From an uncultured Dehalococcoidia bacterium (GTDB taxonomy: Bacteria > Chloroflexota > Dehalococcoidia > Lucifugimonadales > UBA3495), in contig OX638345.1 in the NCBI GenBank assembly GCA_951813535.1, forward strand, positions 1,607,158-1,671,157: a stretch of 64,000 nucleotides of DNA. The letters are read 5' to 3'. The notes beneath the pieces were generated by a model that was given only the letters and a program-made list of their open reading frames with translations, had not been told where the DNA came from and did no database searches. The position numbers were made by a program, and so were the translations under genes. Below are positions 1 through 8,803 of this stretch, one piece after another; position 1 is the first letter of the stretch; every line of letters begins with the position of its first letter.

Positions 1-1
1 A

Positions 2-2068
2 GAGCTGGAACAAGATGGTTTCAACCCACGGGAGTTCCTGCTGGCGTCCCTGGGTCAGGCCAGTGGGGTCTGCGCCGGCGTGGCCGACAGCCTGCAGCGG
101 AAGAGGCCCGCGGGCCGGAAGCTGGACGCCGCCGCGGCGTACCAGTTCCTGGCCAGGGAATCCATGGCACTGGAGGAAGCCGGCTACGGCATCATCCTGC
201 CGGCATGGTGGACCCGCCGGGGAACCAGGACCAAACCCACCGTCAGGGCCAACGTGAAGACCCCGCAGATGCAGGGCGGGGGCGGTGTGTCGTTGGCCAC
301 CAACCTGGAGCTGAACCTTGAGGTGGCGTTGGGGGACCAGGTGATGACCGCCCGGGAGCTGGAGGCGCTGGCCCAGCTGAAAACGCCGTTGGTGAGACTG
401 CGCGGCCAGTGGGTGGAGCTGAACGCCAGCGAGATCCGGGCGGCGCTGGATTTCTGGGACCGGAAAGGCGAGACCACGCTGAAGGACGTGATCCGGCTGG
501 CGGTGGGCGCCGGCGAGACGCCGGGCGGGTTCGACGTGGACGGCGTGGCCGCCAGCGGCTGGTTGGAGGAACTGCTGGAGCAACTCACCGGACGGGCCGA
601 GTTCCAGGAACTGGCAGCTCCGGAGGGTTTCTGCGGGACGCTGCGTCCCTACCAGCAACGGGGCTATTCCTGGCTGGCGTTCCTGCGGCGGTGGGGATTG
701 GGCGCCTGCCTGGCCGACGACATGGGCTTGGGCAAGACGGTCCAGACCCTGGCCGCCATCCAGCAGGACCGCAGGGAAGAGGTAAGGGAACCGACGCTCT
801 TGGTCTGCCCGACCTCGGTGATCAACAACTGGCGCAAGGAGGCCGCCCGGTTCACGCCCGACCTGCCGCTGATGGTGCACCACGGTCCGGGTCGCCGGCG
901 GGACGCCGAATTCGTAGAGGTAGCTCATCAGCATGCCATCGTCGTGGCCAGCTACGGGGTGCTGGCGCGGGACGTTGGGTTCATGGCCGAGGTGCCGTGG
1001 CGGGGCATCGTGCTGGACGAGGCGCAGAACATCAAGAACCCGGCCACCCGGCAGGCGCGGGCCGCCCGGTCGCTGGGCGCCGAGTACCGGGTAGCGCTGA
1101 CCGGCACCCCCGTGGAGAACCACGTGGGCGACCTGTGGTCGGTGATGCAGTTCCTGAACCCTGGCCTGCTGGGAACGGAAGGCCAATTCAAGCGCAACTA
1201 CTTCGTACCAATCCAGGCGGAACGGGATGAGGGCGCGGCCCAGCGGCTGCAGCGGGCCACCGGTCCCTTCATTCTGCGTCGGCTCAAGACCGACCGAACC
1301 ATCATCAGCGACCTGCCCGAGAAGATGGAGACCAGGGAGTTCTGCCCCCTGACCCGGGAGCAGGCCACCCTGTACGAGGCGGTATTGCAGGAAGCGGAAC
1401 AGGCTTTGGCGGAGACCGAGGGCATCGAGCGGCGGGGCGCGATACTGGGCACGCTGACCAAGTTGAAGCAGGTTTGCAATCATCCCAGGCAGCTGCTGGG
1501 GGACAACTCCGCCATCGCCGGCCGGTCGGGCAAACTGGCCCGGCTGCAGGATATGCTGGAGGAAATCATCGCGGTGGGCGACCGCGCCCTGATATTCAGC
1601 CAGTTTGCCGAGATGGGCGCCATCCTGCAGCGGCACATCCAGGACACCTTCGGCAAAGAGGCCCTGTTCCTGCACGGCGGGGTCTCCCGGCGCCAGCGGG
1701 ACCGAATGGTGGAGCGGTTCCAGGATGCGAAGAACGGGCCACCGGTGTTCATCCTGTCGCTGCGGGCCGGCGGCACCGGGCTGAACCTGACGGCGGCCAA
1801 CCACGTTTTTCACTACGACCGCTGGTGGAACCCGGCCGTGGAGAACCAGGCCACGGACCGGGCCTTCCGCATCGGCCAGACCAGCGACGTCCAGGTGCAT
1901 AAGTTCATGTGCGCCGGCACCTTGGAGGAGCGGATCGACCTGATGATCGAGGCCAAGCAGGCCACCGCCGAGTGGGTGGTCGGGACCGGTGAGGGCTGGC
2001 TGACCGAATTGTCCAACGACGAACTGCGAGATGTCCTCAGCCTGAGCTCGGAGGTCGCGGTGGCATGA
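2..2068 (+). CDS. SNF2/RapA-type helicase, 5' end off the window
   Basis: The frame is open from nt 2; the ORF-track start at 80 is only the first GTG. Motifs read directly: LADDMGLGKT (I), VLDEAQNIKN (II), ALTGTPVENH (III), GGTGLNLTAANHVFHYDRWWNPAVENQATDRAFRIGQ (V-VI). Confidence 0.9.
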   Translation, partial: ELEQDGFNPREFLLASLGQASGVCAGVADSLQRKRPAGRKLDAAAAYQFLARESMALEEAGYGIILPAWWTRRGTRTKPTVRANVKTPQMQGGGGVSLATNLELNLEVALGDQVMTARELEALAQLKTPLVRLRGQWVELNASEIRAALDFWDRKGETTLKDVIRLAVGAGETPGGFDVDGVAASGWLEELLEQLTGRAEFQELAAPEGFCGTLRPYQQRGYSWLAFLRRWGLGACLADDMGLGKTVQTLAAIQQDRREEVREPTLLVCPTSVINNWRKEAARFTPDLPLMVHHGPGRRRDAEFVEVAHQHAIVVASYGVLARDVGFMAEVPWRGIVLDEAQNIKNPATRQARAARSLGAEYRVALTGTPVENHVGDLWSVMQFLNPGLLGTEGQFKRNYFVPIQAERDEGAAQRLQRATGPFILRRLKTDRTIISDLPEKMETREFCPLTREQATLYEAVLQEAEQALAETEGIERRGAILGTLTKLKQVCNHPRQLLGDNSAIAGRSGKLARLQDMLEEIIAVGDRALIFSQFAEMGAILQRHIQDTFGKEALFLHGGVSRRQRDRMVERFQDAKNGPPVFILSLRAGGTGLNLTAANHVFHYDRWWNPAVENQATDRAFRIGQTSDVQVHKFMCAGTLEERIDLMIEAKQATAEWVVGTGEGWLTELSNDELRDVLSLSSEVAVA

Positions 2069-2117
2069 AACTGGCCGGGACAAACATCGTAGCCCGCTAA
2101 CTACAGGACCGAACGCC

Positions 2118-3008
2118 ATGGTCTATCACGATTTTGAGTACACTCGCCCCCGGGAAGCCAAGGGCGGGATTCGGGCGCAATCAAAGCGGGGCGACTTCGG
2201 CGCCAGCTGGTGGGCCAGGCGCTGGGTGCAGGCGTTGGAGAAATTCAGCCTGGGGTCCAGACTCTCCCGTGGCCGGTCCTACGCCCGCCGGGGGCAGGTG
2301 GTGTCCATCGACGTGGGGCCGGGCGAAGTGGCTGCCAGCGTCCAGGGTTCCCGAAAGCGGCCCTACCGGGTCAGCATCGCAGTCGCCACATTGGGGGGCT
2401 CCGATTTGCAAAAGCTTCAGGCTGCCCTGGTCGAGCGGCCGGTATTCGCTGCCAGTTTGCTGGCAGGCCGGATGCCGGAGAACATCGAGGATGCGTTCGC
2501 CGACGTCGGCCTGTCCCTGTTTCCGTCACGGAAAAGCGACCTGGAAACCCATTGCTCATGCCCCGACTTCGCCAACCCGTGCAAGCACATCGCGGCCGTG
2601 TACCTGCTGCTGGGTGAGGAGTTCGACCGCGATCCGTTCCTGATCTTCAGAATGCGGGGCATCGAACGGGATGATCTGTTGGGACCCGACCTGCGGAGGT
2701 CGGCCGAGGCCAGCGCCTGGATGTCCCCGACGCTGTCGCCGGAACCGCTGCCCGCGGACCCCGACGCATTCTGGGGGCGACCCGAATGGGACGACAATTA
2801 CGACGATATCATTGGGTCCGCCCGTGTGCCCGAGGAGACGGCCGCGCTGCCCAGGCAACTGGGCCGCTTCCCGTTCTGGCAGGGCAGCGAAGAGTTCCTG
2901 CCGGCGCTGGAGGCCGTCTACGCGCGGGCTTCACAGGCCGGATTGGAGCTGTACCTCGACGCGGACCGGTCCTCACAATCGTCCGTCGAGGGTCTGGATG
3001 ATTGCTGA
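2118..3008 (+). CDS. SWIM zinc-finger protein, partner of the SNF2 helicase
   Basis: CxCxnCxH signature HCSCPDFANPCKHIAAVY. Starts 50 nt after the SNF2 stop on the same strand. This gene order recurs with SNF2 genes in bacteria. Confidence 0.85.
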   Translation: MVYHDFEYTRPREAKGGIRAQSKRGDFGASWWARRWVQALEKFSLGSRLSRGRSYARRGQVVSIDVGPGEVAASVQGSRKRPYRVSIAVATLGGSDLQKLQAALVERPVFAASLLAGRMPENIEDAFADVGLSLFPSRKSDLETHCSCPDFANPCKHIAAVYLLLGEEFDRDPFLIFRMRGIERDDLLGPDLRRSAEASAWMSPTLSPEPLPADPDAFWGRPEWDDNYDDIIGSARVPEETAALPRQLGRFPFWQGSEEFLPALEAVYARASQAGLELYLDADRSSQSSVEGLDDC

Positions 3009-3212
3009 TCCCGACCGGGAAAATAATCTCTGATGCCAGCGTTCCTTGTGGTCGCCCAACGGGCGACGTTCGGAAACAACGGAGAGAGAGACTTGGGCTG
3101 ACGGCATTCACCATGAGGCTGACGTTCTGAGTGGTAGGGTAACTCATTCCACGCAACAAATCTTGGGTGAATCAAATCGGGTACAATTTCCGCCGCAACC
3201 TGGAGCCCATCA

Positions 3213-4178
3213 ATGCAAAACTGGGTAGGCAATATAACTGCAACATTGGACGGCTCGCCGGTCGACCCAGCGCAGCTTGACCATTTTGTCATCAATAGCG
3301 TCAGGAGCGTTCAGATTGAGCTCGTACTTAGTGAGTCTGAACCCTTGAGGGTTGTTCAAGCGTTGCAAGAACAGGCAGCTCGAAAGGTCCAAAAATCGCT
3401 GCACAACATGGGGGCAATGGGCCAATCAACCTTGCTGGCGGACGGGGATGTGCGAGACCAAATTTTTGACGACCTATGGGACCACCTGGGCGGAATTGCA
3501 GACCAGATCGTATCTAAAGCTCTCGCGCCATATGTGGATCGGTTGCCTATAGACACTACGCATCCTGACCTCCCGAACGCTAAGATTGCGATCCTCGTGG
3601 ACGTACCCCAAGGTTACAGAAGATTCGCATACCAATTACACGACGCTGCCGAATGGGAAAAGGACGTTACAGAGATCCCGACGGTGACGCTGGATACATC
3701 CGTCATTTTCGATTACTGGAAGCAGGGCAACACCGCAACGATCGTGGAAGCGTTGCTGTTGCTTGCATCGAAACGGCGTTTGTCGCTGCGCGTGTCGCGG
3801 CGCATCAGAGAAGACGTTCCTGATCCCCCACTTGCGGCGAAGATAGACGACCTACCGAAACTAGGCGTTTCGTTGATGGGATCGGTTATTCGGCCCGACG
3901 ACTGGAGCGTTGGCATTGACGCTGTTGGAAGCGTTGAGTTTGGAGAGGCGCACAATCGCCTGTTTCAGCAAGGAAATAAACATAAACGGCCTGACCAAAG
4001 AGACTGGGATCATCTCCACGCCCACTTTGTAAATCGGCGAGACTTCTTCCTCACCAGAGACCGCGGGATAATGGACCTTTGCGCACACCTCAAAGCAGAA
4101 CTTGGCATCGTTGCTATGGAACCCGACGAGTTCTTGTCCAAGATGATCATGGACCCAGGGGACGTTGCGGATCTCTAG
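3213..4178 (+). CDS. Hypothetical protein with C-terminal PIN-like nuclease domain
   Basis: 321-aa ORF in a visibly AT-richer stretch. The C-terminal half has spaced acidic motifs typical of PIN folds: TVTLDTSVIFDY, DWDHLHAH, FFLTRDRGI. The N-terminal ~155 aa are unassigned. Confidence 0.55.
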   Translation: MQNWVGNITATLDGSPVDPAQLDHFVINSVRSVQIELVLSESEPLRVVQALQEQAARKVQKSLHNMGAMGQSTLLADGDVRDQIFDDLWDHLGGIADQIVSKALAPYVDRLPIDTTHPDLPNAKIAILVDVPQGYRRFAYQLHDAAEWEKDVTEIPTVTLDTSVIFDYWKQGNTATIVEALLLLASKRRLSLRVSRRIREDVPDPPLAAKIDDLPKLGVSLMGSVIRPDDWSVGIDAVGSVEFGEAHNRLFQQGNKHKRPDQRDWDHLHAHFVNRRDFFLTRDRGIMDLCAHLKAELGIVAMEPDEFLSKMIMDPGDVADL

Positions 4179-4236
4179 AGGCGGTTCGTCACGTCGGCGA
4201 CTACGATAAAGCTCGTAACCATTTATCAGGTTTTAA

Positions 4237-4658
4237 CCCAAATCCACCGAAAGAATCTGGCCACCTTGAGGAGGTAAGGGCTGAGGCATGCCGGCTGGAC
4301 ACAGGGCATGGTGACCACGTCAAGGGGAAGGTGACCGCCTTCAGCGCTGGTGGCGGAGGTATTAACGTCTGCCGACTGTACCGACCACCGCCGAGTGGAC
4401 TGGTCCTGTGTAATGTCTCACGTTTGAAATGTTGGGGGATTAATTGGTTCAGGTTACAGTGTTCTCGAATTCTACCTTGGCTGGACTTTACGCATTTTTG
4501 GGTGCCATGAGCGATGACGATTGAGAATGGATGATAGGAGCACCCGGGAGTTCTTAAAATGTCTGGGGTAACTGCGGACAGCGAAAAACCTTCCGGTGCT
4601 TGCCACGTGTGGTGCCGTCCCAGAGCGGGGACATCCATTGTTCTTTTTGGATTTTGCG
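4237..4658. mobile_element. IS1380-type terminal repeat relic, possibly a ~420-bp MITE
   Basis: 4237-4256 CCCAAATCCACCGAAAGAAT closely resembles the left IR of the intact IS1380 at 30111 (CCCCAATCCACCGAAAGGAT). 4640-4658 GTTCTTTTTGGATTTTGCG is a gapped inverted match. No long ORF lies between them. Confidence 0.3.
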
Positions 4659-4835
4659 TAAAGTCGAGCTTGAAAGTTCATATCCGGCGCACAACTACGC
4701 GCCTGGGAAAACCAGCTCGCTAAGTAGGTGAGGTCTTACCCCGGCCTTTCGTTCGGCCTCATACCACCGTTCCGCAAATGCCTCCAGGTTAATGTTCATG
4801 ATCAGCGCTCTAAACGGGCAAATGTCGCGGCGCTC

Positions 4836-5102
4836 TCACTCGGCGGGCGGGCTGTCCGGGTGCCCGCCCCGTAGCAGTTGGGCGCGCCTGAGTTCTATGG
4901 CGTCCTGCAACAGGTCTGAGCCATACCGCTCGAGGATGTCGATGTCCCTCCGCATGATTGGGTCCGACACCTTGACCTTGTTCTCAGCCCGTCGCAGTTC
5001 CGTCAGGTCGCTGCCTCTGGCACGGCGAACGTTCCTCCTGCCATAGAACCAGAACGCCAACGCGATTGCGACCACGATGGCCAGTCCAACCAGATATGGC
5101 AT
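4836..5102 (-). CDS. Small single-pass membrane protein
   Basis: Internal ATG at 5100-5102 gives MPYLVGLAIVVAIALAFWFY (TM helix) followed by a charged ~60-aa tail. Same strand as the helicase and downstream of it. The longer ORF-track version adds an Arg/Gly/Pro-rich N-terminus that looks non-coding. Confidence 0.45.
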   Translation of the reverse strand: MPYLVGLAIVVAIALAFWFYGRRNVRRARGSDLTELRRAENKVKVSDPIMRRDIDILERYGSDLLQDAIELRRAQLLRGGHPDSPPAE

Positions 5103-5376
5103 CTTGCTAACTCTCGGTGCGTCCGTCCGACTCAAACGGAAATAAGCGCCCAACATCAGTTGCAGCGGCGCAAGTTTACACCGTGCGCGAGCCGTCCGGA
5201 GTGTAACGCGCTGGATGCTGGCCACCGGGTTTGTCAGAATGCCGACCGGGATTCCCGGATGGTGCGCGGCAACGCCACCGGGCCCAGGGTCGCCCGGTGT
5301 TCGGCGAGTTTCATCTTCGCCGCGGGCGTTCGCTCTTCGCCTGCTGACGTTCCAACCCACGGGGAGAGGGCCGCCA

Positions 5377-8049
5377 TCAGGGAGGTTGTCGCCAGTCGGG
5401 AAAGTCTATGGCCGCCCACCCGTCTCCCCGGTACCGCCAGGCGTGACCGGGTCCCTGACCCAGGATGAGCGCGTCAGCATCACAGCCGGCGTTCAGCATC
5501 CGCTGGGCCACGTCCATGGGAAACTCCGTCACTGGTTTCACCTCCGCATAGACCCCATCCCCGTTCAGCACGAGCCGGAAATCGGGCGTCCAGCCGTCGA
5601 ACCGCGCCGGCTCATACTCCCATGCGATGCTCCGCCGGTCGAAGTACGCCGCCCATCGGGCCTCCAGCTGGCTGCGGAAGACCGTGCCGCCGTACTCGGT
5701 GATCACGGGTGTCTGCTCGGGGCCCAGGGTGTTGGGTGCCACGGTAGCCGCCCACCGGTGCAGCAGGGCGGCCGTGTCCTCTTTCAGCAGCCGCTCCCGT
5801 TCCGAGCGCTGTCCCGGCTGGCGGGCGATTTCCAGCAGCGCCTGGGTGTAGCGGCCCAGGTTGTCGGCCAGAGCCTTCGACAATCCCAGCCCACCACCGA
5901 CCTTGTCCCAGAGGACGATGGCGCGGCGCACCTCGCTGCTGCGGCCGTCCCTTACCACCTGCACGTTCTGGTGAGTGGTGCGGATGTCGGCCGGATGGAT
6001 AGACTCCCGGCTGCACATCACCGTCCTGAGCGCCCGGGCCACGTCCCGGCGGGTGTTCACGTCGTCGAACCAGTCCTCCCAGATGATGATCACCGTGGCC
6101 GTGGTGCGCAGGTTGGTCTCCACCTCGGGGATGCCCTCGGCGCCGTAGTGGACGTCCCGCCACTCGACGTCGCCCGGCTCGCGGACGGAGCAACCCACGA
6201 TGCGCTCCCAGGCCACCGCCTGGGCGTGGGTGCAGTACTCCGGGTGTCCCAGCATCGACATCCTGGGTTGTTGCAGCGTCACCGTTGCGCCGCTGCGGAT
6301 GATGGGACGGGTCTCCCGCGGCGCAGCGTGGCGCGCCGTGATCACCGTCTCACCGCCGGACTCCCGCCAGGCCAGGACGGAGTAGCTCTGCTTGGCGTGA
6401 AAGTAGGTGGCCAACGGGTAGGCGTCCCGTGCCGCCTCTCGGCGGGTCACCTCGCTGGTCAGCAGCTCGGTGGTCAGGGATTCGCCCTCGCCGCCCGGCA
6501 TCAGCTGCACGATGCGCGCCCTGCCATCGGCGGCATCACGAATGTCGTTGCGGTGAGGCTGCTGGGGATCCCCGGTCTGGAACTCCGGCGCGTAGTGGTC
6601 GCCCCGGGCGATCTCCCTGAGCGTCTGGGGCAGCTGTTCCGGCCAGGCGTCGGTGGGCGACGGGATGGCCCGCTCCATCCCGTTCAGGTCGGTCTCCTTG
6701 GCCAGGCAGCGACCGTGGGTGTTCCTGATGTTGGGATTGGACGGGTAGAGCCGCGCCGGATCCACCGGCTGGTTCCAGTAGGTCTCGAGGCTGTCGTCAT
6801 GAAACTGGAAGGCGTGGCGCGGCGCCACGATGATGAACCGTCCCGGGCCGGTCCTTCCCACCCGTCCGGCCCGCTGCTTGAGACGTCCCACCGAGTGGGG
6901 CAGTCCCAGGTTGAAACCCACCTGCAGGTCGGGGATGTCCATGCCCATCTCCATGGCACTGGTGCTGGCCAGGCCGCGGATGTCTCCGGAACGCAGCGCT
7001 TCTTCAATCCGTTCCCGTCGCATCAGCCCCGAACGGTAGGCCATGGCGTCCCTGGACTCCACGATGATGGCATCCTCGGTGATGCTGCGGGCGGCCTCGA
7101 TGCCGGCAGCGGCGCGCTCCGCCAGCTGCCGGTCGTCGATGAAGGCGATGTAGGAGCGGTCGGGGTCCTCGCTGATCACCTCCCGCACCGCCGCCTGCAG
7201 GTCCCGCCAGCCCTCGTCGTGAGGCTCCCGGCCGACGACGTGCTGCACGGTGAGTTCGGCCCGTGGACTGCCGTTGTAGCGGTCGTCCACCACCTGGAAG
7301 GGCAGGCCGGTGAGGGTTTCGAGGTGCTGGGCCGGATTGTGGATGGTGGCGCTGGCGGCGATGACCCGCAAAGGCTCGAACTGCGCCATCAGCTCTTTAC
7401 GCTTCTGCTGTAGGCGGTGCAGCAGGTAGAGGCAGTGGGTACCCAGGGCGCCGTCGTAGGTGTGGGCCTCATCCAGGATCAGGAAGGCCAGGTTCGAGAT
7501 GAACCGGCGCACGTTGTACTGGGTGTTCTGCACCTCGCGAAGATCGTTGCGCAGCGGCCGCCTGCCGTAGAGGGGTTCCGAGTATGCCATCAGCCACTGC
7601 TGGATCACGTCGGGGGTCATCAGGGCCAGGCGGGTGCGCTGCAGGATCTGGCGTCGCTCGGTGAGGTCGCGCACGTCGCCGTCGATGCGGTTGATGCTCT
7701 CGGGGTCCAGGCCGGCGGCCTCAGCCATTTCCTGCCAGCGGATCACCTGGTCCCGGGCCAGGGCCTTGATGGGATAGATCGCGATGGCAGTGGCGTTGGG
7801 GTTGGCCGCCAGATGATGAAGGGTGGGTGCCTGGAAGACCAGGGACTTGCCGCTGGCGGTGCCGGTGCTGATCACCAGGTTGTGGCCCTGGCCCACGAGC
7901 TCCAGCCCCATGGCCTGGTGTAGGTACAGCTGGCGATCGCCCGTTTGGGCCTTCACCGCCGGCCAGACCGGACTGGCGCTCAGCCAGGCGGGCGCATCGC
8001 CGTGGCGGGCCTCCTGTTCGGGGATGATGATTTCTTCGTGAATATTCAC
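5377..8049 (-). CDS. DEAD/DEAH-box helicase fused to a C-terminal PD-(D/E)xK (TnsA/restriction-endonuclease-like) domain
   Basis: TGTASGKS (Walker A), FLILDEAHTYDG (DEAH), QRAGRVGRTG (motif VI). The last ~100 aa read FRSQLEARWAAYFD...GWTPDFRLVL...VYAEVKP, a D...E.K nuclease pattern. GTG start lies 6 nt after the relE stop. Confidence 0.85.
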   Translation of the reverse strand: MNIHEEIIIPEQEARHGDAPAWLSASPVWPAVKAQTGDRQLYLHQAMGLELVGQGHNLVISTGTASGKSLVFQAPTLHHLAANPNATAIAIYPIKALARDQVIRWQEMAEAAGLDPESINRIDGDVRDLTERRQILQRTRLALMTPDVIQQWLMAYSEPLYGRRPLRNDLREVQNTQYNVRRFISNLAFLILDEAHTYDGALGTHCLYLLHRLQQKRKELMAQFEPLRVIAASATIHNPAQHLETLTGLPFQVVDDRYNGSPRAELTVQHVVGREPHDEGWRDLQAAVREVISEDPDRSYIAFIDDRQLAERAAAGIEAARSITEDAIIVESRDAMAYRSGLMRRERIEEALRSGDIRGLASTSAMEMGMDIPDLQVGFNLGLPHSVGRLKQRAGRVGRTGPGRFIIVAPRHAFQFHDDSLETYWNQPVDPARLYPSNPNIRNTHGRCLAKETDLNGMERAIPSPTDAWPEQLPQTLREIARGDHYAPEFQTGDPQQPHRNDIRDAADGRARIVQLMPGGEGESLTTELLTSEVTRREAARDAYPLATYFHAKQSYSVLAWRESGGETVITARHAAPRETRPIIRSGATVTLQQPRMSMLGHPEYCTHAQAVAWERIVGCSVREPGDVEWRDVHYGAEGIPEVETNLRTTATVIIIWEDWFDDVNTRRDVARALRTVMCSRESIHPADIRTTHQNVQVVRDGRSSEVRRAIVLWDKVGGGLGLSKALADNLGRYTQALLEIARQPGQRSERERLLKEDTAALLHRWAATVAPNTLGPEQTPVITEYGGTVFRSQLEARWAAYFDRRSIAWEYEPARFDGWTPDFRLVLNGDGVYAEVKPVTEFPMDVAQRMLNAGCDADALILGQGPGHAWRYRGDGWAAIDFPDWRQPP

Positions 8050-8055
8050 TTGGCG

Positions 8056-8316
8056 CTATCTGCGGCGGTACGACTCCCGCCGGTGAGCAAACCGCACCAC
8101 CAGGATGACCAGCTCGTCGTCCAGCAGCTCGTACAGGATGCGGTAGTCGCCCACCCGCTGGCGGCGCAGCCCCCGCAGCCCTCCCTTCAGCGGGCTGCCG
8201 GACAGCGGCTGTTCCCGCAGGGCATCGATGGCGTCAATCACCCGTTCCCTGATATCCCGCTGCAGCTGCGCCAGTTCCCGCCGAGCGCTGCCCCTAATCC
8301 GAATCGAGTAGCTCAC
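8056..8316 (-). CDS. RelE/ParE-family toxin
   Basis: 86 aa. LKGGLRGLRRQRVGDYRILYELLDDELVILVVRFAHRRESY matches the RelE/ParE core pattern. Overlaps the upstream antitoxin by 23 nt. Confidence 0.85.
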   Translation of the reverse strand: MSYSIRIRGSARRELAQLQRDIRERVIDAIDALREQPLSGSPLKGGLRGLRRQRVGDYRILYELLDDELVILVVRFAHRRESYRRR

Positions 8317-8515
8317 GCCGGACCTCGTCCCAGTCGAGGACCGGATCCGAGGGGTCCCGCAGCCGCTCCAGGGCCACGGTGAGGTCGTCGAAATCCTCCA
8401 GGTAACTCTCCAGGGCCTGGCGGATCACTTCGGCACGACTGCGGTTCAGCGTGGCCGCCGCCGCATCCAGCGCCTCGGCAACTTCATCGGATACCCGGGC
8501 GGTGATCTGCGCCAT
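8294..8515 (-). CDS. Ribbon-helix-helix (CopG/RelB-like) antitoxin
   Basis: 73 aa. The N-terminal ITARVSDEVAEALDAAAATLNRSRAEVIRQALESYL is an RHH pattern, followed by an acidic C-terminal tail. Overlaps the toxin gene. Confidence 0.8.
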   Translation of the reverse strand: MAQITARVSDEVAEALDAAAATLNRSRAEVIRQALESYLEDFDDLTVALERLRDPSDPVLDWDEVRRELLDSD

Positions 8516-8551
8516 GGCTATGATCCTTGTCAGTGCGTGTTGAGTGCGAGT

Positions 8552-8566
8552 GATGTCATTGACATC
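8552..8566. promoter_or_regulatory. Perfect 7-1-7 palindrome, putative antitoxin operator
   Basis: GATGTCA-T-TGACATC lies 37 nt upstream of the antitoxin start, in the divergent intergenic region. RHH antitoxins typically autoregulate through such palindromes. Confidence 0.35.
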
Positions 8567-8765
8567 GCAGTATGATCACCATAGTACCGGCTGGCCGAGG
8601 CTGTCAAACTGCCGTGGGCAGCTCGTTGGCCATCCCAAGCGGTGGCCGGCAGATGCTTCAGTACCGTGGTAATGTCGTTCTCCGGGCCAGGGGCTTCAGG
8701 ATAATCGAGGTCATGCGATCCACAGGTATTGCACCGGAGAAAGCGAACCCCGGTCGCATCCTACC

Positions 8766-8792
8766 GAGTTGATCAGGCTCGAGTTGATCAGG
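8766..8792 (+). repeat. 12-bp direct repeat x2 just upstream of the NYN gene
   Basis: GAGTTGATCAGG ctc GAGTTGATCAGG. The second copy overlaps the AGGAAGG Shine-Dalgarno before the TTG at 8804. Confidence 0.5.
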
Positions 8793-8803
8793 AAGGCAAC
8801 CAA

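Noticed and set aside
5215-7413. 732-aa ORF on the plus strand
   Set aside because: It is entirely antisense to the helicase gene. The translation is a Gly/Arg/Pro/Val-rich shadow typical of GC-rich antisense frames and has no motifs.
2-8049. Calling the SNF2 gene plus the large helicase a DISARM system
   Set aside because: No methyltransferase, PLD-type nuclease or DUF1998 Cys-cluster protein is present. The two helicases are convergent and separated by an AT-rich insert. The resemblance is retained only as a comparison in the findings.
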